Shown: positions 48,583 to 58,097, numbered from the stretch's first letter. The stretch: DNA of 64,000 nt from Longimicrobiales bacterium (GCA_965197725.1 CBDANQ010000058.1:32001-96000); one strand, 5' to 3'. Numbers and translations are program-made. The notes: generated by a model from the letters alone, not told the origin.

Positions 48583-51096
48583 TCACGCGAACCAACTCGT
48601 CAGTCGTTCGAGCGCCCCCAGGAGATCGGGCTCTAGCTCGAGCACGGACCGTAGCGGGTCATCGCCCAAGCGCTTCATGCGTCTGGGCACGCTCTTGATG
48701 GTGTGGCTCGCGATGGTGAGCCTCCTGTTGACCTCGCCCCACCTGAGCGGCGCCGACACGGGTGCGCCAGGCTTGGGGCGAACCGTGAACGGCGCGACCA
48801 ATAGACGGCCATGTCCGTTCTGAACGAAGTCGACGTAAACCTTTCCCTCGCGCCTATCCGGATTGCGCGTGAGCGTCGCGATCTCCGGCCGCTCGGCGAC
48901 GACGACTCGGGCGAGAAGTTGTGCCATGGTTCGTGACTGCTCGTAGGTGAGCTGCCTACCCAGCGGCACCAGCACGTGGATCCCGGTCGAACCGCTCGTC
49001 TTCGGGAACGACGGCAGACCGATCTCCTGGCACAGGTCGTGGACCGTGCGGGCGATCTCGACCACGTCCGTGAACGGTGCCTCCTTCGGATCCAGATCGA
49101 GAATGCACCAGTCGGGATGAGCCAGCGTGGCGATCCGACTGGACCACACATGCAACGGGATCGTGCCCATGTTGATGACGTAGAGCAACGACTCGACGTC
49201 TTCCGCAACGAAGTACGAGAGCTCCCTCTGCGAACCCTCGCTCCACACGGTCACACGCCGGAACCAATCCGGCGCATAGGGCGGAGCATCCTTCTGAAAG
49301 AACGACTTTCCGTCGATACCGTCCGGATACCGCGTCATGACCAGCGGACGGTCTTCGAGGTAGGGCAGCATCCATTCCGAGACCTGCCGATGGTATTCGA
49401 TCAGATCGCCTTTCGTGTAGCCTTCCGCGGGCCAGAATACGTTGTCGAGGTTGGTGAACGGTACGGTCCGCTCCTCGATCATCTCCACCGGCTCAGGTGG
49501 CTCGGCCTCACCCCCGAGCGCCCCCTCGACAACACACTCCGAGGGCCGCTTGTCGGTGCGGAAGCGAGAGAACGACGGCTGACGTACTAGTCCCTGCTCG
49601 GTGAACTCCTTGTACTTCACCTCCGCAACCATCTCAGGCCGAACCCAGTGGTGGCCCTTCCCCTTGGGCACGTGCCCCTTGGTACAGGCGCTCGAATCAA
49701 GCTCGATGTCCTCCAGCAGCGAACGCACGCCGTCGAGTTCCGAGTCCCTGAAACCGCTTCCGACGTTGCCCAAGAAGACCAGGTCCTCCCCATCGTACTG
49801 GCCGATGTGCAGAGAGCCGAAGCCGCCACGCGACCCCTTGGGCTCCGTCCAGCCGACGACGACGAAGTCCTCGATCCGAACCGTACGAACCTTGATCCAG
49901 CTCTTCGAGCGCCCGCCCCGGTACGGCGCGTCCGCCCTCTTGCCGACGATTCCTTCAAGGCGCATCGACTCGACGTGCTCGTACATCGCCTCCCCCCGCT
50001 CCGGGATGTGATCCGAGTAGCGGATCGGTCCCACAGAGGGTAGAACGTCCCTCAGGATCCGCTTGCGCTCCAGCAGGGGCAGCCCGCGCAGATCGTGCCG
50101 CTCGAGGCCGAGGATGTCGAACGCGTAGTAGATCGCAGGCAGCTCGACGCTCGCGCGCAGGGCATCGACCACGTTCAGGATGCGACCCCTCCGTTGCAGG
50201 CGTGAGAAGGACGGTTTGCCCTCCCCGTCGTTGACGACGACTTCGCCATCGAGCACGAGACCTTCATAAGGGAGGCCCCGAACCGCGCGCGCGATCTCGG
50301 GAAACGTGGGGGTCATGTCGTGCCCGGCTCGCGAGCGCAGGTATGGTTCCCGTCCCGAGCGCTCGGCCAGGAGGCGATACCCGTCGTACTTCAGCTCGAA
50401 GATCCAACCCTCTCGGCTGAACGGCCTCTCTTCGCTCGAAGCGAGCATGAGGCTGACAGCGTTGGCTGATACGGCCCTCTTCCTCGCCCCCACCCCGGCG
50501 ATCTGTTCGGCCAGCTCGTCGGCAAGGTCATCGGCGTTCGGAAACTCGTCCACCGTGAGTCCGGAGTAGATCGAGTCGTCGGGATAGTCCTCGGTGCTGC
50601 CCTCATCGTCGAGGTAGGCGTCCCGTTCCTTGATGAGGAGCCACGAATTGGGCGCCTGCCTCGTCTTCACCAGGGTCCAGTTGCCGAGCAGTTTGTGGCC
50701 CCTCAGTTCGAACAGGAGCTTCCCCTTCTCGAGGCCCTCCTTCGCATCCTCGAGCGGTACCCACACCCCCCGATCCCACACGATCATCGCACCTGCGCCG
50801 TACTCGCCCTCGGGGATGACGCCCTCGAACTCCGCGTACTCGAGCGGATGGTCCTCGGTCTTCATCGCGAGGCGTTTGTCGGCCTGGTTCGGTGACGGGC
50901 CCTTCGGGATGGCCCACGAGAGCAGCACTCCATCCAGCTCTAGGCGAAGGTCCCAATGCAGGTTGCGCGCAGCATGCTTCTGCACGACGAAGATGCTGCC
51001 ACCCGCAACCACCCGCCCGCCGAACGGCTCGGGCGTGCGGGAGGCGGAGCGCTTTTCGCGATACTTCGCAAGGCGTTCGTCGCGGGTCGGCGTCAT
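48583..51096 (-). CDS. ligD: NHEJ DNA ligase D (phosphoesterase-ligase-polymerase)
   Basis: VVQKHAARNLHWDLRLE, ELKYDGYR, EGIVGK, RYPDG...FFQK, DLDP, KTSG..GIH. Confidence 0.97.
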   Translation of the reverse strand: MTPTRDERLAKYREKRSASRTPEPFGGRVVAGGSIFVVQKHAARNLHWDLRLELDGVLLSWAIPKGPSPNQADKRLAMKTEDHPLEYAEFEGVIPEGEYGAGAMIVWDRGVWVPLEDAKEGLEKGKLLFELRGHKLLGNWTLVKTRQAPNSWLLIKERDAYLDDEGSTEDYPDDSIYSGLTVDEFPNADDLADELAEQIAGVGARKRAVSANAVSLMLASSEERPFSREGWIFELKYDGYRLLAERSGREPYLRSRAGHDMTPTFPEIARAVRGLPYEGLVLDGEVVVNDGEGKPSFSRLQRRGRILNVVDALRASVELPAIYYAFDILGLERHDLRGLPLLERKRILRDVLPSVGPIRYSDHIPERGEAMYEHVESMRLEGIVGKRADAPYRGGRSKSWIKVRTVRIEDFVVVGWTEPKGSRGGFGSLHIGQYDGEDLVFLGNVGSGFRDSELDGVRSLLEDIELDSSACTKGHVPKGKGHHWVRPEMVAEVKYKEFTEQGLVRQPSFSRFRTDKRPSECVVEGALGGEAEPPEPVEMIEERTVPFTNLDNVFWPAEGYTKGDLIEYHRQVSEWMLPYLEDRPLVMTRYPDGIDGKSFFQKDAPPYAPDWFRRVTVWSEGSQRELSYFVAEDVESLLYVINMGTIPLHVWSSRIATLAHPDWCILDLDPKEAPFTDVVEIARTVHDLCQEIGLPSFPKTSGSTGIHVLVPLGRQLTYEQSRTMAQLLARVVVAERPEIATLTRNPDRREGKVYVDFVQNGHGRLLVAPFTVRPKPGAPVSAPLRWGEVNRRLTIASHTIKSVPRRMKRLGDDPLRSVLELEPDLLGALERLTSWFA

Positions 51097-51147
51097 TGCG
51101 TAGGCGACAGAACCGGCGAGACCGAAGTAGTAGTCGAGTTGGGCGGC

Positions 51148-51453
51148 TCAGTGCCGGGGAATCCCGCTCCCATTCTTGTCGGGCCAACGCCCGAAGCTCA
51201 TCAGCCCGGGGTTCAGCCACGCGGCCACGCCGGCGACCGCGATGTCGGCCAGCTCGCTCGGGTCGGCCTGCACGGCGAGCGCACTTCCCTCTCCCGATCG
51301 AATCTCTGAGATCACCTCGCCCGCGTTGTCAGCGCTGTGCGGATAGTTCACCACGATGGACGCCTCATCCTTGCCCAAACGTTCAGCGACCGCACGCCCG
51401 ATACGCCTCGAACCGTCCGTAACAACTGCCACTTTTCCAGTGAGAGACGCCAT
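51148..51453 (-). pseudogene. Short-chain dehydrogenase remnant with internal deletion
   Basis: GKVAVVTDGSRRIG (decayed TGxxxGIG), VVNY, VQAD fused directly to C-terminal VAGVAAWL. Confidence 0.75.
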
Positions 51454-51627
51454 AGAGCCACCTTTCCTGTCCAAAGCTACGCACGCGACTTCTTGGGGGA
51501 CGGCGTCCGTGCTCTGTTCACTGCTATTGGTTTGATTCCGCCGTCCTCGCAGCCTAACCCTACCGCTCCGGGATTGTTTCCACACTCTAGGCGCAGCGGG
51601 ACAGGGTGGGAAGCAAAGCCGCCTGGT

Positions 51628-52119
51628 TCAGTGAGCTTCGCCCTGGTCGTCCGCGGACGGGCCGTAGATCGACGGCACCTTAGCACCCATCGGCCGCAGA
51701 TACGTGCTGAGCTGACCGCGATGATGTACCGAGTCCAAGAGCATCCCCCATGCGAGTTGCTGGCACGGAGCCTCCATGACCAAGTGATCGCCCGCATAGA
51801 ACTGGCCCACCTCTAACCACTGACCCTCGTCCATGGCGCTGAGCCGACCGATGAGTGCTCCGAATGAGTCGTCGACCTGCTGCACGGCGCTTTTCACCGA
51901 ATCGAAGGGTACCTGGTTTCGATGATGGATCACCCCATCGTCAAGAAGCTCCTGCAGATCGAGATTGTGGCCGATGAGATGCTCGATCAATTGCCGCGCG
52001 CTACGCGCCTTGGGATCCGCTCGATACTCCAGCCCATCGTCCGGAGCCGCACCGATGACCTTGACGAAAAGGCCGCGCTCCTGGGCGAGAAAACTCTGAA
52101 AAAATGCCGGCGTGCTCAT
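51628..52119 (-). CDS. DinB family protein
   Basis: EHL, HHRGQLSTYLRPMGAKVPSIYGPSAD. Confidence 0.9.
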   Translation of the reverse strand: MSTPAFFQSFLAQERGLFVKVIGAAPDDGLEYRADPKARSARQLIEHLIGHNLDLQELLDDGVIHHRNQVPFDSVKSAVQQVDDSFGALIGRLSAMDEGQWLEVGQFYAGDHLVMEAPCQQLAWGMLLDSVHHRGQLSTYLRPMGAKVPSIYGPSADDQGEAH

Positions 52120-52498
52120 GGTGGGTACTCCACGTTTAGGATCAACCGTGCTGGGAAGAGCCAAGCCCCATAACACGATGCAAAGGAGGCGCTCCATAGT
52201 CGAGAAGGCTTCTTCTGCTGTCTAACCAATGATCGGATCGCGTCCTGCGCTTCAGGATGGGAGATATGGCGGCTCGAACGCAAGGCGGGTCCGGGGGAAC
52301 CCGCACCTTTGCTGACGTTCGGTACCGGCTGATGCGGCGATCATCGATTTTCCGCGGGAACTGCGGCCGGGTGCCGGTGGTCGACGGACGGCTCTTGGTC
52401 AGACGCTTCGTCCCATGAATCGATCGCCTCCATGGCCGCAGCCTCGATCGCCCAGGGAATGTCCCAATCCCTAATTCCACCTGGCGGGGAGGAAACCC

Positions 52499-52529
52499 TT
52501 GCCCCGCTTTCGTGCATGAACATATGTTT
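52499..52529 (+). promoter_or_regulatory. Putative ku promoter with LexA (Cheo)-box-like site
   Basis: TTGCCC-18-TATGTT; GAACATATGTTT at 52518-52529, 8 bp before the ATG; no SD. Confidence 0.5.
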
Positions 52530-52537
52530 TCCGCACC

Positions 52538-53413
52538 ATGGCAGCGCGCGCAATCGGAACGTCAACCATCGCCTTCGGGCTGGTCTCCCTCCCCGTGAAG
52601 ATCTACTCGACGGGCGAGTCGTCTCGGAAAGTCTCCTTCAACATGATCTGGAAGGAGCGAGGCGTCCGCGTCCGGCAGCAGTACATCGACCCTGCGGACG
52701 GCACGGTCGTGCCCAAAGAAGAGATCGTAAAGGGGTACGAGTTCGCGAAGGGGCAGTACGTGCTCTTCACGAAGGAAGAGCTCGAGGTCGTCGAGGCTCC
52801 GAAGTCCGACGAGATCGAGATCGTCAGCTTCGTGCCCGCAGATACCGTGGGGCGCTTGTACTTCAACAAGGCGTACTACCTCGGGCCGGACAAGGGCGGC
52901 GCGCGCGCGTATCGCCTGCTTTCCACGGCGCTGCGCAAGACCGAGCGCGTCGCGATCGCCAAGCACGCGACACGGGGTAAGCAGTATATCGTCATGATCC
53001 GCCCGCACGACGAAGGCCTGCTCCTGGAGCAGCTCTACTACGCGGAGGAGATCCGCCTCTTCGACGAGGTGCCACTCGAAGAAGGCGACGTGAACGAGGC
53101 CGAGCTCACCCTCGCGATCCAGTTGATCGACCAGGCAGCCAATGACGACTTCGACTCGACGCAGTTCAAGGACGAGGTGCGAGAGAAGACGCTCGAGCTG
53201 ATCCAGTCCAAGGTGGACGGGCAGGAGATCACCGCCGCGCCTGTCGAGGAATCGAAGACCCAGATCATCGATCTCATGGCCGCTCTCAAGGCCTCCATCG
53301 AGGAGGACGAGGAGGAGCGCAAACCGGCGGCACGCGCCGGAAAGAAGAAGACCGCTGCCAAGAAGTCGTCGGGAGGCAAGAAGTCCACGCGCAAGAGAGC
53401 CGCGTCGGGCTGA
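52538..53413 (+). CDS. ku: NHEJ DNA end-binding protein Ku
   Basis: IAFGLVSLPVK, IVKGYE, YYLGPD, IIDLMAALKASI, Lys-rich tail. Confidence 0.97.
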   Translation: MAARAIGTSTIAFGLVSLPVKIYSTGESSRKVSFNMIWKERGVRVRQQYIDPADGTVVPKEEIVKGYEFAKGQYVLFTKEELEVVEAPKSDEIEIVSFVPADTVGRLYFNKAYYLGPDKGGARAYRLLSTALRKTERVAIAKHATRGKQYIVMIRPHDEGLLLEQLYYAEEIRLFDEVPLEEGDVNEAELTLAIQLIDQAANDDFDSTQFKDEVREKTLELIQSKVDGQEITAAPVEESKTQIIDLMAALKASIEEDEEERKPAARAGKKKTAAKKSSGGKKSTRKRAASG

Positions 53414-53435
53414 TTCCCCCTCTGCCGCAGAGGGG

Positions 53436-54278
53436 ATGAAGGGCTACACGACCCGCGAGGTCGCGGAGGTCCTGGGTCTCTCTACCTCAAAGATTCTGTC
53501 CTGGACCAGGAGCGGACTGCTCACGCCCCAACGCGGCCCCCGCGGCGCGTATCTGTTCTCGTTCCAGGACATCGTGCTGCTGCGCACCGCACGTGACCTG
53601 CTCGCCCAAGACGTGTCCGCGCGGCGCGTCCGCGAGGCGCTCGAGGCACTGCGGGAACAGCTCCCTGTGGGACGCCCGCTCAGCGCGGTGCACGTCTCGG
53701 CTGCCGGAGACCGAATCCTCGTGCAGGATGACGACGCTGTCTGGGAGCCGAACTCCGGCCAACTACAGATCGACTTCGATGCGGCCGACGTAGCGGAGAA
53801 GGCGGCGCCGGTGGCCCGCCGAGCATTGGAGGCGCGCGCCAACCAGGACAGCATGAGCGCCGACGACTGGTTCAACACCGCGCTGGACCTCGAAGCAGTG
53901 ACCAGCGACGAGGCGATCGCTGCCTACCAGAAGGCACTCACCCTGGAAGCCGACCACGGCGACGCGCACTTGAACCTAGGTCGGCTCCTGCACGAAGGCG
54001 GGCAGGTCCGGGAAGCCGAGTCGCACTACCGCAGCGCTACCGACGCCGACCCTGACAGCAGCCGCGCCTTCTACAACTTGGGCGTGGCACTCGACGATCA
54101 GGGACTACGATCGGGCGCGATCGAGGCGTACCAGGCCGCGCTACGGCTCGACGCGGACCTGGCCGTCGCGCACTTCAACCTGTCGCGGCTCTTCGAGGCG
54201 GAGGGGCGGCGGCCGGACGCTCTCCAGCACCTCGCCCAGTACAAGCGGCTCATTGAGCGCGGGGGTCTAGGAGCCTAG
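53436..54278 (+). CDS. MerR-type HTH + TPR repeat protein
   Basis: YTTREVAEVLGL..IxSW..GLLTP.R....YLFSFQD; TPRs AHLNLGRL, AFYNLGVAL, AHFNLSRL. Confidence 0.88.
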   Translation: MKGYTTREVAEVLGLSTSKILSWTRSGLLTPQRGPRGAYLFSFQDIVLLRTARDLLAQDVSARRVREALEALREQLPVGRPLSAVHVSAAGDRILVQDDDAVWEPNSGQLQIDFDAADVAEKAAPVARRALEARANQDSMSADDWFNTALDLEAVTSDEAIAAYQKALTLEADHGDAHLNLGRLLHEGGQVREAESHYRSATDADPDSSRAFYNLGVALDDQGLRSGAIEAYQAALRLDADLAVAHFNLSRLFEAEGRRPDALQHLAQYKRLIERGGLGA

Positions 54279-55696
54279 CAGTCCGTGGAAGAAATAGGTT
54301 CCCAGCGGATGATGGGTGGGAGAGAAGGCAGACACGCGGGGGCTGTGTTGTTGTGCAAGAAGCGGGTTTTGGGGTCTGACGAGGCGATATTCGGCCCAAG
54401 GAAGGCGAAATAGCGCCGAATACGGCGGAAAAAGCGCGAGACGCGGGTTGTAACCTGAGTTGCGAGCGCAGCTTGTACGGTAGCGAGGCCCTGTAACGCA
54501 CGGGGGGTTCCAACCCCGAACCGCTTGCGCATGAGAAGGCCGAGGTTGAAGGCCGCCGCGTGGATCAACATCCGTTTTCGAATCTCCTCCTGGCCCCGTA
54601 TGTGGACGCGACGCAGCCCTCCGGTCACAAGCAAGTGCGCAAACCCCCGCTCCACCTTCTCGCCGCGCTGGCGCAGCAGCCGCATCCCCCGGTTGCCGCG
54701 GATCCGGCGGCGGTTGTCGTAGGTCGGCGTCTGCGCGTCCCGGTTGTTCTTCCATTTCCGGCGCCCGCGGTTGGGCTCGCTCACATAGCTGCGCAGCTCC
54801 CGCTCCTTCACGCCCGTCATGGTCTTGTTCGAGTGGTAGCCTTTGTCGGCCACCACTTCCTCGGGCTCTACCTGCACTACTTCCAGCTGCCGCTCTGCCT
54901 CGTCCAGCGTGTTGGGCAGCGACGCCACATCTCCCCCGTCCATCGTCTGCACCGTCACCGCCACAAGCGCACCGGTCTCCATGTCGACCGCCTGCTCCAA
55001 CTTGTGCGCCAGGCGCGTCCTGCCGTCCTTCATCTTCGTGATCCGCGCCTCCGGGTCGTGCGGATGCACCCAGTCCTTGTTCGAGCCCTTCTTCGGACGC
55101 TTCCGGTCCAGCGTCGTCAGATCCTTGCGCGTCGGCGTCTCGATCCCCGACGCCCGGGCCACCTGCTCCAGCCATTCATCGTAGCCCAACCCGTCGTCGC
55201 GCCGCACGATCGTGCGCATCGCCGCATTCGCCTCCAGCGTCGTCGAGTCGACGCCCAGCGTCTTGCCGCTCAGCAACCCCGACCCCTTCAGCAGCTCCAG
55301 CACCCGCCCGAACACCGCCGCGTGCGCTTCCACGCTCAGGCGCTTGCGCGTCTTCGACAGGGTCGAATGCTCCGGCGGGTTCTTCGCCCACCCGTATCCC
55401 AGAAACTCACGCAACGACAACGAGTCCCCACACCGCCAGGCAATGCCCCGCTCCGAGCCGATCCCTTCCAGGTAGCCCACCATCATCATTCGGAAATACA
55501 CCCCGGGAGCAATCCCCGGCCGACCCCGATTGTCCGCGTAGAACTCACGGCATGCCTCTTCCGCGAACTCGTCAAACCCGCTTTTCGCCAGAAGCTCGTT
55601 CAAGGCCCGGTAGAACGGGTTGTCCAAGGCCCGAATCTCGCTCGCCACCACGAACATCTCGCCCTGCCGAGCCTCGGGCCGCTTGCCTACCGCCAT
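54275..55696 (-). CDS. DDE transposase, copy 2
   Basis: Same protein as copy 1 apart from a P/Q change near the C-terminus. Confidence 0.95.
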   Translation of the reverse strand: MAVGKRPEARQGEMFVVASEIRALDNPFYRALNELLAKSGFDEFAEEACREFYADNRGRPGIAPGVYFRMMMVGYLEGIGSERGIAWRCGDSLSLREFLGYGWAKNPPEHSTLSKTRKRLSVEAHAAVFGRVLELLKGSGLLSGKTLGVDSTTLEANAAMRTIVRRDDGLGYDEWLEQVARASGIETPTRKDLTTLDRKRPKKGSNKDWVHPHDPEARITKMKDGRTRLAHKLEQAVDMETGALVAVTVQTMDGGDVASLPNTLDEAERQLEVVQVEPEEVVADKGYHSNKTMTGVKERELRSYVSEPNRGRRKWKNNRDAQTPTYDNRRRIRGNRGMRLLRQRGEKVERGFAHLLVTGGLRRVHIRGQEEIRKRMLIHAAAFNLGLLMRKRFGVGTPRALQGLATVQAALATQVTTRVSRFFRRIRRYFAFLGPNIASSDPKTRFLHNNTAPACLPSLPPIIRWEPISSTDC

Positions 55697-55773
55697 CGCC
55701 GTCCTCGCTGCAAAAACCCTCGTGTCCTCCTGATTTAACACAACAGCGATGACCGGACTTGATCCACGGTCTG
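54279..55773 (-). mobile_element. Insertion sequence, IS1182/IS5-type, copy 2 (1495 bp)
   Basis: Same IRs; CTAG duplicated at 54275-54278 and 55774-55777; 3 differences from copy 1 seen (54474, 55469, 55761). Confidence 0.95.
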
Positions 55774-56280
55774 CTAGGCGTCCTCCCGCAACGCCATCAC
55801 CTTCTCCGCCGGACCGAGCAGGCCGAGCGACTTTCGGATCGCGCCGAGTGCGCCCAGATGGTATCCCTCGTGCCAAGCGAAAAAGACGACCTGGTCGCGC
55901 AGAGACCTCTCGTCGTGGGCTCCACCCTCGGAGACGTAGTCAAGATCTTCCTCGGACTTCGATGCGAGCGCGTTCCGGAAGTCGTCACCAACTGATTGCC
56001 ACGCCTCGCGCAACTCCGCGACCGACGGATAGTCGCTGCCGTCGGTGGCGGCGGCGTTGCCGAACTTCTCGTCGTACGGGTTCTCCCGTTCCTCGCCGAG
56101 CAGGTTCACCACGTAGATCCGGTAGTGCAGAAGGTGACCAACCGTCCACACGATCGAAGGGCCTTCCTCACCGCGTGATCGCTTCCGCGCGTCCTCGTCG
56201 CTCAGGTCGTCCAAGACCAGCGGCATGAGGAAGTCGGTCATCCCGTACAGTCCCATGAGCGCTTTGACACTGCCTGTCAT
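55774..56280 (-). CDS. DinB family protein
   Basis: WTVGHL, AWHEGYHLG. Confidence 0.85.
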   Translation of the reverse strand: MTGSVKALMGLYGMTDFLMPLVLDDLSDEDARKRSRGEEGPSIVWTVGHLLHYRIYVVNLLGEERENPYDEKFGNAAATDGSDYPSVAELREAWQSVGDDFRNALASKSEEDLDYVSEGGAHDERSLRDQVVFFAWHEGYHLGALGAIRKSLGLLGPAEKVMALREDA

Positions 56281-56306
56281 GTCCAGCCTCCTGTCATGTC
56301 CAGCCT
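56273..56306. repeat. Exact 17-bp tandem duplication of RBS and start codon
   Basis: CCTGTCATGTCCAGCCT x2. Confidence 0.95.
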
Positions 56307-56322
56307 CCTCGCTTGTCAGTCC

Positions 56323-57867
56323 CTACTTGACCCCAACCGTGAGCTTCTTCACGAACGGGCTTGCCATCAACGCGAAGACCGTGATTCCGCCGGTGATCAT
56401 CGTGACGGTCCGGAACAAGTCACCGAACGCCATCGTTTCGACGCGCCCACCCACGAGGCCCGCGAACACATTGCCCAGCGCAGCGCCCACGAACCAGATC
56501 CCCATCATCTGACCGACGCGCCGTTCCGGCGACAGCTTCGTGATGGCCGAAAGTCCGATCGGGGAGATGCACAGCTCACCGACGGTGTGCAGGAAGTAGG
56601 TGACTACCAGCCACGCGGGCGACACCAGATCGCCGTTCGACGCGTTCGCGGCGCCCCATGCCATGACGAAGAAGCCCGCGCTGAGCCCCACGAGGCCGAG
56701 CCCCGCCTTCAGCGGAAGCGACGGGTTCTTTTGGCGGCTGTCGAGCCACACCCAGACCATACCGAACACGGGCGCTAACAAGATGATGAAGCCCGCGTTC
56801 ACCGTCTGGAACCACGACACCGGCAATTCGTCGGGCCCGATATTCGTGAACGGGATCTTGAGCGCGAAATCCCTGAAGGTGGCGTCCCGGGCGAAGAGGG
56901 TGAACGACGTGCCAGCCTGCTCGAAGCCGGCCCAGAAGACGGCGATCAAGAGGAAGAGCCAGAAGATGACCGCCATCCTCTTGTTCTCTTCAACGGTGTG
57001 CCCACCCCAGGTCCATATGTACAGGAAGTAGAGCGCGACCATGATGAGCACGCCGGTCCCCAACCATGTTGTGATCTGGGTGAGCGTCACCGGAATCGTC
57101 CCGTTCGATACGAGCAGCCCGAACAGCGCGATCACGGCGACCACGCCGAAGAACGTCCCGAAGAACTCCCTCTCCTTCGCGGCTACCCGATCCGGAGTGT
57201 CATCGGTCTTGAGCTTGCCGATGTCGCCGAGCCTCTCCATGCCAGTGCGGTACTGAGTGAGGCCGATGACCATGCCCACACCGGCCGCGCCGAAGCCCCA
57301 GTGCCAGTTGTATCCCTCAGCGAGCCAGCCAGTGACGAGCGGACCGAGGAGCGCGCCGAGGTTGATCCCCATGTAGAAGACCGAGAAGCCCGCGTCCCGA
57401 CGCGCCCCACCCTCCGGATAGAGCTCTCCAACGACAGTGCTGACGTTCGGCTTGAGCAGCCCCGTCCCACAGATAATGAAGACGAGCCCGAGGAAGAACG
57501 TGAACGTGCTCGGGATCGCCATCGTGAAGTGGCCCGCGGCGATGATCCAGCCACCGACCCAGATGGCCTTGCGCTGACCCCATAGGTTGTCGGCGACCCA
57601 ACCACCCGGCAGCGCGAGGATGTACACCAGGCCGGTGTACAGACCGTAGATCGCTCCCGCCGTCGCGACGTCGTACCCCAGGCCGGGATTGGTACCAATT
57701 GTGGCGGTCGTCATGAAAAGCGTGAGCAACGCGCGCATGCCGTAGTACGAAAAGCGCTCCCACATCTCGGTGAAGAAGAGCGTCGACAGACCCTGTGGAT
57801 GCCCGAAGAAGGTCTTTTGGCCGAGGTCCGGATGCTGTGGTCCTCCGATTGCGGTCCCGGTGCTCAA
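56323..57867 (-). CDS. POT-family di/tripeptide MFS transporter (DtpT-like)
   Basis: EMWERFSYYGMRA, GLLKPN, FYMGINLG, FEQAG, GELCISP. Confidence 0.95.
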   Translation of the reverse strand: MSTGTAIGGPQHPDLGQKTFFGHPQGLSTLFFTEMWERFSYYGMRALLTLFMTTATIGTNPGLGYDVATAGAIYGLYTGLVYILALPGGWVADNLWGQRKAIWVGGWIIAAGHFTMAIPSTFTFFLGLVFIICGTGLLKPNVSTVVGELYPEGGARRDAGFSVFYMGINLGALLGPLVTGWLAEGYNWHWGFGAAGVGMVIGLTQYRTGMERLGDIGKLKTDDTPDRVAAKEREFFGTFFGVVAVIALFGLLVSNGTIPVTLTQITTWLGTGVLIMVALYFLYIWTWGGHTVEENKRMAVIFWLFLLIAVFWAGFEQAGTSFTLFARDATFRDFALKIPFTNIGPDELPVSWFQTVNAGFIILLAPVFGMVWVWLDSRQKNPSLPLKAGLGLVGLSAGFFVMAWGAANASNGDLVSPAWLVVTYFLHTVGELCISPIGLSAITKLSPERRVGQMMGIWFVGAALGNVFAGLVGGRVETMAFGDLFRTVTMITGGITVFALMASPFVKKLTVGVK

Positions 57868-58013
57868 ATCGGTCTCCCGTAGTCTGATTTCAGTCTGAAA
57901 CGGCCGCTAACGTAAGGGCCACGCCATGCAGCACGCCAACCACTCCAAACCATTTGACGCTTCCCGCTGTCAAAGATCGCACTCCACTTGTTCTTCGAGA
58001 GGAACCGCGCTCC

Positions 58014-58097
58014 GCGGGCGAGCGGCAACTCGGGATCGAGCGGGACCAGTGGGCCCGGCTATCGCTGGCGGTCGATCGAATCATGGGGACGGCGTGA
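58014..58097 (+). pseudogene. PadR-family regulator C-terminal remnant
   Basis: AGERQLGIERDQWARLSLAVDRIMGTA-stop; no N-terminus. Confidence 0.55.
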
